Assembly (NCBI GenBank): GCA_050258655.1
Contig: JBLMZF010000106.1
Location: 2,669-66,668 of the forward strand
Length of the DNA stretch: 64,000 bases
Source: Deltaproteobacteria bacterium
Lineage (GTDB): Bacteria; Omnitrophota; Gorgyraeia; Gygaellales; Profunditerraquicolaceae
Direction: 5' to 3'
In this document: positions 53,072 through 61,236 of the stretch, one piece after another
Layout: each line of letters starts with the position of its first letter
Numbering within the stretch: position 1 is the first letter of the stretch
Made by a program: the position numbers and the translations under genes
The notes under the pieces: generated by a model
Databases searched by the model: none
Told to the model about the DNA's origin: nothing
What the model saw: the letters and a program-made list of their open reading frames with translations, nothing else

Positions 53072-53499
53072 TGGGCCTTTGTTTCCTTTGAATCCTTCAG
53101 AAGCTTCTCTACCTGTTTCTTGGACATCGTGGAGAGGTTCTTTTCCAGCTGGCTGACCTGCTCGTTCTTCCTGTCGAGCTCCTCACGGGCGGCCGCGATG
53201 TCTTTTTCCCATTTTTCGAGCTGGCCGGAGACCTGGCGGAGCTCGTTCTTCATCCCCGCGAGGTTCCGGGCCGTTTCAGCGGCCTGTTTCCGGTCCTCAC
53301 GCTCCACGTTGAAGGCGAAAACGAGGCTTGCCGCGGCGATGATCGCCAGCCACAGCGCGCTCGTCTTCCAGAACATCAGCTTGCGGATGAGTTCTGCATG
53401 CCGGGTCCGGTACTGGATGACCAGCTGCTTGTAGTCCGCCAGCGCGTACACAAGATTGGTCGCCTGCCGTTCTTTCGGGTCTTTTTTCTGTTCTTCCAT
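53068..53499 (-). CDS. Hypothetical TM/coiled-coil protein
   Basis: One TM, then coiled coil; SD present; operon-like spacing. Confidence 0.65.
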   Translation of the reverse strand: MEEQKKDPKERQATNLVYALADYKQLVIQYRTRHAELIRKLMFWKTSALWLAIIAAASLVFAFNVEREDRKQAAETARNLAGMKNELRQVSGQLEKWEKDIAAAREELDRKNEQVSQLEKNLSTMSKKQVEKLLKDSKETKAQ

Positions 53500-53508
53500 A
53501 TGCTCCCC

Positions 53509-54066
53509 TTAACCCTTCATCAGCGCCAGCGTCTCGGAACGGGTCTTCTCGTTCTCCTTGAACACCCCGCGCACCGCCGAAGTGACCGTTCTGGTCCCCG
53601 GCTTCTTGACGCCGCGCATCGACATGCACATATGTTCCGCCTCGATGACCACCATGCAACCCTGCGGCTTGAGCTTTGCCATGATCATGTCCGCCACCTG
53701 CGTCGTAAGCCGTTCCTGTACCTGGGGGCGGCGGGACAGAAGATCGACGACGCGGGCAAGCTTGCTGAGACCCGTCACCCTTCCCTGTCTGGGGATATAG
53801 GCGACGTGGGCCGTCCCGATGAACGGCAACAGATGATGCTCGCACATGCTGTACAGGGGTATGCCTTTCAGGAGGATGATCTCGTCGTGCTTCTGGTCGA
53901 GGATGACCTCGAGCTCTTTCGAAGGGTCACGGCCGAGCCCGGCGAATATCTCCTCGTACATCTCGGCCACGCGGCGCGGGGTCTCGAGCAGATCGGTCCT
54001 GCGGGGGTCCTCGCCGATCGCCTCGAGCAACATGCGCACGGCTTTTTCTATCTTTTTGCTGTCCAT
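53509..54066 (-). CDS. folE: GTP cyclohydrolase I
   Basis: [32 protein letters not shown]. Confidence 0.96.
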   Translation of the reverse strand: MDSKKIEKAVRMLLEAIGEDPRRTDLLETPRRVAEMYEEIFAGLGRDPSKELEVILDQKHDEIILLKGIPLYSMCEHHLLPFIGTAHVAYIPRQGRVTGLSKLARVVDLLSRRPQVQERLTTQVADMIMAKLKPQGCMVVIEAEHMCMSMRGVKKPGTRTVTSAVRGVFKENEKTRSETLALMKG

Positions 54067-55452
54067 CTATTTTCCTATGCAGAAACCGGAGAATATCCTT
54101 TCAAGAAGATCCCCGGTAAAATCCTTCCCCTGGAGCCGGTCAAGAAGCCCGCACGCGTCCTTCAGGTTCTGCGCCAGGCACTCCGGCAGCAATTCATTAT
54201 CCCGATAATTGCGGGTCTCATCAATGATTTTTTTTATTTTTTTGAGGGTCTGAATATGCCTGATGTTGCTGACGGCCGCGTCGGAACCCGAGACGCCCGC
54301 GCAGCCGCAGCGGTCCGCTATCGCCTCTTCCAGGCTGCCGATGCCGGTACCCTTTTTGGCCGAAAGCGCGATCGCCCCGGGGAACCGTCCCCTGACCGTC
54401 TCGGCGGTCCGCGCGACGGTCCTGCGGTCGGACTTGTTCACCACCGCGATGGGCCGGCGCGGGGAAAGCTTGCGCATCAGGAGCGCGTCTCGGCGGTCGA
54501 GCCCCGAACTGCCGTCGAAGACAAGGATGACCAGGTCCGCGCTCTCGATGCTCTGCGCCGTCTTCCTCATCGCCTTCTTCTCGACCAGGTCCCTCGGCTC
54601 GAGTATCCCCGCGGTATCGATGATCCTGACCGGGATGCCGCGGATGTCGATCACCTCTTCGACGGTATCCCTCGTGGTCCCCGCGACGGGAGTCACGATC
54701 GACCGCTCCTGTCGCAGGAGCGCGTTGAGCAGGGATGACTTGCCCGCGTTGGGCTTGCCGCAGATGACGGCGCGGACACCCTCCCGGTATGCCTTCCCGC
54801 GCGCGCTCCCTTCAAGCAGGGCAGCGATCATCCCGGAGGCTTCATCGAGGCCGGAGCGAACACGGGCGGGTTCGGATCGTGCCTCGCCGGGAAAATCTAT
54901 CTCCGCCTCGAGCGGGGCCAGGCAGGCAAGCAGGACCGACCTTATCCTGTCGAGTTCCCGGGATAGACCTCCCTTGAGCTGGCCGAGGCTGACCCTGAGC
55001 GCCGCATCGGTCTTGGCGCGGATGATATCGAGGACCGCTTCGGCCTGCGCCAGGTCGATCCTTCCGTTCAGAAAAGCCCTTTTGGTGAACTCGCCCGGTT
55101 CCGCGAGCCTGCAGCCGTTGGCCAGCACCAGTTCAAGCACCGCCCGCATCGCCACAGGTCCCCCGTGGCAGCTTATCTCCACCACATCCTCTCTGGTGTA
55201 ACTTTTAGGCGCACGCATCACGGTCAGCAGCGCTTCATCGACGGTCTCCTGCCCTGACGGCGACCTGCGCACCACCCACCCGTATCTGGCGGTGAAGCCT
55301 TTGGATGCCGAAGGGGCGCGGCCGGAAGCCGGGACAAAAACAGCATCGGCGACCGCAAGCGCCCGGGGTCCGCTGACGCGGATGATGCCTATCCCCGATT
55401 CGCCCGGAGAAGTGGCCATGGCGGCTATCGTCCCGTTCGTATCATCTACCAT
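54067..55452 (-). CDS. mnmE: tRNA modification GTPase MnmE
   Basis: PGEFTKRAFLNG, GKPNAGKSS, GTTRD, DTAG, FCIGK. Confidence 0.96.
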   Translation of the reverse strand: MVDDTNGTIAAMATSPGESGIGIIRVSGPRALAVADAVFVPASGRAPSASKGFTARYGWVVRRSPSGQETVDEALLTVMRAPKSYTREDVVEISCHGGPVAMRAVLELVLANGCRLAEPGEFTKRAFLNGRIDLAQAEAVLDIIRAKTDAALRVSLGQLKGGLSRELDRIRSVLLACLAPLEAEIDFPGEARSEPARVRSGLDEASGMIAALLEGSARGKAYREGVRAVICGKPNAGKSSLLNALLRQERSIVTPVAGTTRDTVEEVIDIRGIPVRIIDTAGILEPRDLVEKKAMRKTAQSIESADLVILVFDGSSGLDRRDALLMRKLSPRRPIAVVNKSDRRTVARTAETVRGRFPGAIALSAKKGTGIGSLEEAIADRCGCAGVSGSDAAVSNIRHIQTLKKIKKIIDETRNYRDNELLPECLAQNLKDACGLLDRLQGKDFTGDLLERIFSGFCIGK

Positions 55453-56740
55453 ATCGATCTTTCAATCTCTGCCGCGCTTCACCGACGAGGAATATCGAGC
55501 CCGTGACACAGCATACCCTCTCTTTCCCTTCATCCTCCGCCATCTCCAGAGCGCTGTCGATATCCTGACTTATCCTCACCCGGACCCCCGGGGCAGCCGC
55601 CCTGATGCGCTCTGCGAGCCTTTTGGGGAGAAACGCGCGGGGATTGTCCGCCGCCGTGACGATGAACCTGTCCGCGACGCGCACGAGCTGCCGGCAGATG
55701 GCGCCCAGATCCTTGTCTTTTGACACACCGAGGATAAAGGTTATCTTCTTCCCGGGGTAACTCTCTGTAAGCGTCCTGCACAACGCCCGGGCGGAATCTC
55801 CGTTATGCGCGCCGTCGAGCACGAACCTGCCTGCCGCCTCGAAACGGCCGGGCCAGCGCGTCCCCGCCAGCCCCTGCGCTACCGCCGTCCGCTCCAGCTT
55901 TACACCAAGGGCAGGGGCCGCGGCCGCGCAAAGCGCGGCGGCGCAGGCCGCGTTGACCGACTGATGCGCTCCCCGCAGGGGTATGGGGATCCCTTCCAGG
56001 TCCTTAAGAGAACGGTCCCTCCCGATAAGACAGAGACGCGACCTGCGGGCATAACAGATTTTCTCGATCACCCTCAGCGCGCCGGCCTTCTGAGGAGCGG
56101 AAACGACGGGAATGCGGGGCTTGATGATGCCTGCCTTTTCCCGCGCGATCGCCGCCAGCGTCCTGCCGAGTTTCTGGGTATGGTCAAGGCTGATGGAAGT
56201 GATACAGCAGGCGGCGGGAACGACGACATTGGTGGCGTCCAACCTCCCCCCCAACCCTGTTTCGAGCACAGCGCAGTCGACCTTCTTTGAACGGAAATAG
56301 ACGAACGCGAGGGCCGTGTAGACTTCGAAAAAAGAAAGCGGACCGTAAGGGGACGACGCGCAGAAACGCTCGATGGATGGTTTTAAGCCGGCCACCAGAC
56401 GCGCCAGCTCTTCCCTGCCGATCATCCCTTCGAAATCAGCAGGGCGCGATCCGGGCTCGAGGATGCGTATCCGTTCGCGGACATCGCACAGGTGCGGGGA
56501 CGTGTACAGGCCTACCCGCAGGCCCGCGCTTCGCAGGATATTAGCGCAGAACAGGCAGACCGAACCTTTCCCTTTTGTGCCGGCCACGTGGACGCTCTTG
56601 AAAGCGTCCTGCGGATCGCCGATCGCGGCGAGGAACGAACCGATCCTCTCCAGCCTGAAGGAACGCTTATAAGGATAGGTTGCCCGTTTCTCGTAATTGA
56701 CGAACGAGTCGAGATAGCGTGCGGTCTCCCTGGGATCCAT
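55442..56740 (-). CDS. folC: Folylpolyglutamate synthase/dihydrofolate synthase
   Basis: HVAGTKGKGS, TSPHL, ETGLGGRLDATN, DGAHN, TGS. Confidence 0.95.
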   Translation of the reverse strand: MDPRETARYLDSFVNYEKRATYPYKRSFRLERIGSFLAAIGDPQDAFKSVHVAGTKGKGSVCLFCANILRSAGLRVGLYTSPHLCDVRERIRILEPGSRPADFEGMIGREELARLVAGLKPSIERFCASSPYGPLSFFEVYTALAFVYFRSKKVDCAVLETGLGGRLDATNVVVPAACCITSISLDHTQKLGRTLAAIAREKAGIIKPRIPVVSAPQKAGALRVIEKICYARRSRLCLIGRDRSLKDLEGIPIPLRGAHQSVNAACAAALCAAAAPALGVKLERTAVAQGLAGTRWPGRFEAAGRFVLDGAHNGDSARALCRTLTESYPGKKITFILGVSKDKDLGAICRQLVRVADRFIVTAADNPRAFLPKRLAERIRAAAPGVRVRISQDIDSALEMAEDEGKERVCCVTGSIFLVGEARQRLKDRYGR

Positions 56741-56751
56741 CGGGAAGGGTA

Positions 56752-58320
56752 TTAATGCCGGAAGTGGCGCATGCCGGTGAAGACCATCGGGATCTTGTAC
56801 TTGTCGGCGACCTTGATGATCTTCTCGTCGGCGATGGAGCCTCCGGGCTGGATGATAGCGGTGACTCCCATCCTGGCCGCCTGCATGACAGCGTCCTCTT
56901 TAGGGAAGAACGCGTCGGAGGCCAGAACGGAACCCTTGGCAAGCCCGTGCGATTTCCTGCCGCTCAGATGGACCGAATCGACGCGGGACATCTGCCCGGC
57001 ACCGATACCGACCGTCTTCGTCCCCTTCGTCAGGATGATCGCGTTGGACTTGACGTGCTTGGCGATCTTCCAGCCGAACAGGAGCGACTGCATCTGCTGT
57101 TTGGTCGGTTTCTTCTTCGTCACCACCTTGAGGGCTTTTTCGTCGAGAAGCTGATTGTCCTCGTCCTGCACGAGCAGACCTCCGGCGACACGCTTGAGGT
57201 CGAGCTGGCAGGATCGGCCGCCGAGCTCCGGGAGCTCGAGCAGGCGGACGTTCTTCTTGGCCTTGAGCATCTCCAGCGCCGCGGGCTCGAAACCGGGGCA
57301 TATCACGCACTCCAGGAAGCCGCTGGCGTTGATCGCCTTGGCAAGGACCGTGTCGACCTTCCGGTTGATCCCGACGATGCCGCCGAAAGCCGAAAGCTGA
57401 TCGCACTTCCAGGCCTCTTTGTATGCCTTGAGGAGGTTTTTATTCTCCGCGGCGCCACAGGGGTTGTTGTGCTTGATGAAAACAACCGCCGGGTCGGTGA
57501 ATTCCTTGATGATGTTGACCGCCGCGTTGAGGTCGAGGATATTGTTAAAGGAAAGCTCCTTGCCCCAGAGCTGCTTTATCGCGGCAAGCCCCTGACCGCC
57601 GGCCTGCGCGTAGAAGGCGGCCTTCTGGTGCGGGTTCTCACCGTAACGCAGGGACTGTATCTTCTTGAACGAAAACGAAAGCTGGTCCGGGAAAGCAGCG
57701 TCTCCGGCGCAAGCGGAAGCGCCGGGATGCACCGCTGTGCCAAGGAAACGGTTGATCGCGGCGTCATACCGCGATGTCCTGCCGTAGACCTCGACGCCGT
57801 AACGGGTGGAAAGCTCGGGACGGAAAGAGCCGTTGTTCTTCCTGAGCTCCGCGATGACTTCCGTGTACTGGGAAGGATCGCTGACCACGAGTACGGAACG
57901 GCTGTTCTTGGCCGCTGAGCGCAGCATCGAAGGCCCGCCGATATCGATGTTCTCGATCGCTTCCGCAAGGCTGACGCCGGGCTTGCTGATCGTCTTCTCG
58001 AACGGGTAGAGGTTGACCACCACCATGTCGATCAGGCCGATCCCGTGCTTCTCCACGGTCTTCATGTGCTCGGGATTTTCGCGCAGGGACAGGAGGCCGC
58101 CATGGACCTTCGGGTGCAGGGTCTTGACCCTGCCGTCGAGCATCTCGGGGAAGCCGGTGTACTCGGACACTTCCGTAACCTTGACACCGTTCTCGGACAG
58201 TATCTTCGCCGTGCCGCCCGTGGAAAGTATCTGGACGCCGAAAGAAGCCAGCGTCTTGCCCAGCTCAACGATGCCCGTCTTGTCGGATACGCTCACCAGC
58301 GCGCGCTTGACCTTGATCAT
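56752..58320 (-). CDS. purH: AICAR transformylase/IMP cyclohydrolase
   Basis: SVSDK, GRVKTLHP, IDIGGP, RYGENPHQ, SDAFFP, RHFRH. Confidence 0.97.
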   Translation of the reverse strand: MIKVKRALVSVSDKTGIVELGKTLASFGVQILSTGGTAKILSENGVKVTEVSEYTGFPEMLDGRVKTLHPKVHGGLLSLRENPEHMKTVEKHGIGLIDMVVVNLYPFEKTISKPGVSLAEAIENIDIGGPSMLRSAAKNSRSVLVVSDPSQYTEVIAELRKNNGSFRPELSTRYGVEVYGRTSRYDAAINRFLGTAVHPGASACAGDAAFPDQLSFSFKKIQSLRYGENPHQKAAFYAQAGGQGLAAIKQLWGKELSFNNILDLNAAVNIIKEFTDPAVVFIKHNNPCGAAENKNLLKAYKEAWKCDQLSAFGGIVGINRKVDTVLAKAINASGFLECVICPGFEPAALEMLKAKKNVRLLELPELGGRSCQLDLKRVAGGLLVQDEDNQLLDEKALKVVTKKKPTKQQMQSLLFGWKIAKHVKSNAIILTKGTKTVGIGAGQMSRVDSVHLSGRKSHGLAKGSVLASDAFFPKEDAVMQAARMGVTAIIQPGGSIADEKIIKVADKYKIPMVFTGMRHFRH

Positions 58321-58334
58321 GTGCTGTCTCTCCT

Positions 58335-59042
58335 TTATCCCTTATTGGTCCGGATCACCAGATAATCCCCGTCCTGCACGACGTAATCCTTCATCTCCAA
58401 TTTCATATGGTTGGCGGCTTTAGCCTTGGAAAGGCTTCCGTCGGCGATGAGGTCCTTGTAGTGGATAACCTCGGCGCGGATGAAGCCCTGCTGGATGGCG
58501 GTATGGATGGCGCCGGCCGCTTCGTAGGCCGTAGCCCCGCTTTTGACCGACCAGGCGTGCGAATCCTTGTCCCCGGCGGTGAAAAAGCTGATGTAGCCGG
58601 AGCGGTAATATGCGTTGAAGAAAAGCGTCTTTTTGTCCTCGATCTCCTGCGGCGTCGCCAGAAGGACGGGCTTTATCGTCAGCAGGGTCGCCCCTTCGAT
58701 CATCTTCTGCTCCTCGGGCGTCAGGGTCAGCTCCGAGAGGAACTTCTCCTTCTCAAGCTGCTCCTTGAACCTCCCGAGCAGGACCTTTTCCTCCGGGCTC
58801 TGGCTGCGCTCAAGCCTCGTCTCCACGAACTCCATGTCCTTGATGACCAGGTCCAGCTTGGACGATTCAGGACAGGCTATGACATCCGCCTCCACCAGCC
58901 GCTCCTCTTCAGCGAGGACCTCAGCCTGGATATACACCTTCTTGGCCGAATTGAACATCGTCTTGAGTTCGTCGACGCGCTTGTCGACGATATCCTGCTT
59001 CCCGGAAGTGATGCCTTCGATACCGAAAATGCCTATCTTCAC
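58335..59042 (-). CDS. YchF-derived protein (TGS/DUF933 domain, G domain degenerate)
   Basis: D.RVD.L, LLT.KP, ISFFTAG...AW...A..AAG.IH....GFIRAEV, DYVVQDGD; GTG start with an AAGGAG SD. Confidence 0.8.
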   Translation of the reverse strand: MKIGIFGIEGITSGKQDIVDKRVDELKTMFNSAKKVYIQAEVLAEEERLVEADVIACPESSKLDLVIKDMEFVETRLERSQSPEEKVLLGRFKEQLEKEKFLSELTLTPEEQKMIEGATLLTIKPVLLATPQEIEDKKTLFFNAYYRSGYISFFTAGDKDSHAWSVKSGATAYEAAGAIHTAIQQGFIRAEVIHYKDLIADGSLSKAKAANHMKLEMKDYVVQDGDYLVIRTNKG

Positions 59043-59057
59043 TTTGACTCCTTAGTT

Positions 59058-59098
59058 AGATTGCTTCGGAAAAAATACGGTAGAGCCTCGCAATGACG
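59058..59098 (-). repeat. CGTC-type REP-like element CGTCATTGCGAGG...CCGAAGCAATCT
   Basis: Matches the recalled CGTCATTGCGAG..GAAGCAATC palindromic repeat pattern. Confidence 0.6.
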
Positions 59099-61039
59099 TT
59101 ACTCTTCCGCTTCGCCCGCGTGCTGCGCCTGGTACTTGGCGATGATCGGCTGCGCGATCTTGGCGGGCACCTGTTCGTAATGCGCGAAATGCATCGTGAA
59201 AGAACCCTTGCCCTGGGTCATCGAACGCAGGTCGCTGGCGTAGGTGAACATCTCGGAGAGCGGCACATGCGCCTTGACCACCTGCAGCTTGCCCTTGGCC
59301 TCCATGCCCATCGGCCTGCCGCGGCGCTGATTGAGGTCGCCGGATACCTGACCAAGGAATTCCTCGGTCACCAGGACGTCCACATCCATGATCGGCTCAA
59401 GCAGGACAGGGCCCGCGAGGGCGACCGCTTTCTTGAGCGCCAGAGAACCCGCGCGCTGAAATGCGGCATCCGAGGAATCGACGTCATGGTAAGAACCGTC
59501 GTAAAGGCTGACCTTGATGTCGACCATCGGGTAGCCCGCGAACACGCCGCGGGTCATCGTGTTGATGATGCCCTTCTCGACCGAGGGGATAAAGTTCCTC
59601 GGGATGGCTCCCCCGACGACATTGTCCTCGAACTCGAAGCCCTTGCCGTGCTCCAGGGGCCAGATCTCGATCCAGCAGTCGCCGTACTGCCCGCGGCCGC
59701 CGGACTGCCTCTTGTACTTGCCCTGGACCTTGATGCCGCCCTTCGAGATCGTCTCCTTATACGGGACCTTCGGGGTGCCCAGTTCGACGTCGACGTTGAA
59801 GCGCTTCTTGAGCCTGCCGATCATCACGTGCAGGTGCAGGTCGCCCAGGCCGGAGATGACCATCTCCTTGGTCTCGGGGTCGACCTTCTCGCGGAACGTC
59901 GGGTCCTCGGCGACAAGCTTCTGCAGCGCCTGGGTGATCTTCTCCTCGTCCTGCCGCGTCTTCGGCTTGACCGAAGCGGACATCATCGACTCGGGGAAGG
60001 CGATGGGCTTGAAGAGAGCCTTCGAGCCGGCCGCGCCGATCGTGTCGTTGGTCTTGGTCTCCTTGAGCTTCGGGATCGCGATGATATCGCCGCAGGAAGC
60101 GCCTTCCTGGACGCGCTGTTCCTTCCCCTGGAGGAGCATGATCTGGCCGAACCGCTCGTTCGTCTGCTGAGACACATTAAAGAACGACGTGTTCGTGGCA
60201 AGCCTGCCCGAAAGGACCTTGACCAGGCTCAACTGGCCCACATAGGGATCGAATATGCTTTTGAAGACGAAGCCGGTGAACGGCGAGGCGTCGGAAGCCG
60301 TCACTTCCCCCTGCCCCATCTGCATGTGGCAGAATTCGAGCGGAGAAGCGAGGTCATCCTTTACCGCCTTGAGCAGCTCGTCGATGCCTTTGTCCGCCGT
60401 CGCCGAACCGAACAGGATCGGGAACACCTTGCCCGCGTCGACCGCTTTCGGAAGGGCTTCCCTTATCTCTTCGGAAGTGAGCGTGCCTTCGGTAAGATAC
60501 TTCTCGGTGAGCTTGTCGTCGCTTTCGGCCACCGCCTCAGCCAGTTCGTCAAGGGAGCCGCTGGCGAGCACGACAGCGTTCTTGGAAAGGTTCTTCTTTA
60601 TGTCGGAGAGGACCTTTTCCCGGTCGAAGTCTTCCTTATCGATCTTGTTGACGAAGATGATCCGGGGCATCTTCGCCTCCTCGAGCAGTTCCCAGGCCTT
60701 TTCTGTCCCGATCTCGACACCCTGCCCCCCGTCGACGACGACGATCGCGTTGTCGGCGGCGCGGATCGAGGAAAGCACCTCGCCGTAGAAATCGGCGAAA
60801 CCGGGAGTGTCGACGATCTGGATGCGCGTGTGGTCATACTCGCAGAACATGAAGCTCGCGTTGATGGAAGACTTGCGCTCGACCTCGTCGAAATTGTAAT
60901 CGCTGACCGTATTCCCCTCTGCGGTGGTCCCCTTACGGGTGGTCGCACCGCATTTAAAAAGCATCGCTTCGCAAAGGCTTGTCTTGCCGACCTGGGCATG
61001 ACCGAGCAGGATAACGCTTCTTTTGTCCTTTACTTCCAT
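59099..61039 (-). CDS. Elongation factor G paralog (EF-G2-like)
   Basis: GHAQVGKT, DTPG, NKID, KRQSGGRGQYG, SYHDVDSS, LLEP; ATG 61039 with a GGAG SD. Confidence 0.92.
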   Translation of the reverse strand: MEVKDKRSVILLGHAQVGKTSLCEAMLFKCGATTRKGTTAEGNTVSDYNFDEVERKSSINASFMFCEYDHTRIQIVDTPGFADFYGEVLSSIRAADNAIVVVDGGQGVEIGTEKAWELLEEAKMPRIIFVNKIDKEDFDREKVLSDIKKNLSKNAVVLASGSLDELAEAVAESDDKLTEKYLTEGTLTSEEIREALPKAVDAGKVFPILFGSATADKGIDELLKAVKDDLASPLEFCHMQMGQGEVTASDASPFTGFVFKSIFDPYVGQLSLVKVLSGRLATNTSFFNVSQQTNERFGQIMLLQGKEQRVQEGASCGDIIAIPKLKETKTNDTIGAAGSKALFKPIAFPESMMSASVKPKTRQDEEKITQALQKLVAEDPTFREKVDPETKEMVISGLGDLHLHVMIGRLKKRFNVDVELGTPKVPYKETISKGGIKVQGKYKRQSGGRGQYGDCWIEIWPLEHGKGFEFEDNVVGGAIPRNFIPSVEKGIINTMTRGVFAGYPMVDIKVSLYDGSYHDVDSSDAAFQRAGSLALKKAVALAGPVLLEPIMDVDVLVTEEFLGQVSGDLNQRRGRPMGMEAKGKLQVVKAHVPLSEMFTYASDLRSMTQGKGSFTMHFAHYEQVPAKIAQPIIAKYQAQHAGEAEE

Positions 61040-61161
61040 CACGATCTCCTTTTGGTTTCCGTGGCGGTTTCCAAAGAAAAGATTGACGTCAGGCGAGGAA
61101 AGCTTTTTGTGGGATTGGTTCCAAAGGCAATTATAAAGAACGGAGCAAAGAAGCAATTTTA

Positions 61162-61190
61162 ATTATACGACGGAAGGATATGTGCGGCAA
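61162..61190 (-). promoter_or_regulatory. Sigma70-type promoter for the EF-G paralog operon
   Basis: TTGCCG-17 nt-TATAAT. Confidence 0.5.
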
Positions 61191-61236
61191 GTGTTTTTCT
61201 GCCTGCTAAAACGACGGGAAGGGTCCCTGGAAGGGA

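Noticed and set aside
61040-61160. Possible ZTP or other riboswitch in the ~120 nt leader of the EF-G paralog/purH run
   Set aside because: No consensus elements recognised by eye; an Rfam scan would be needed.
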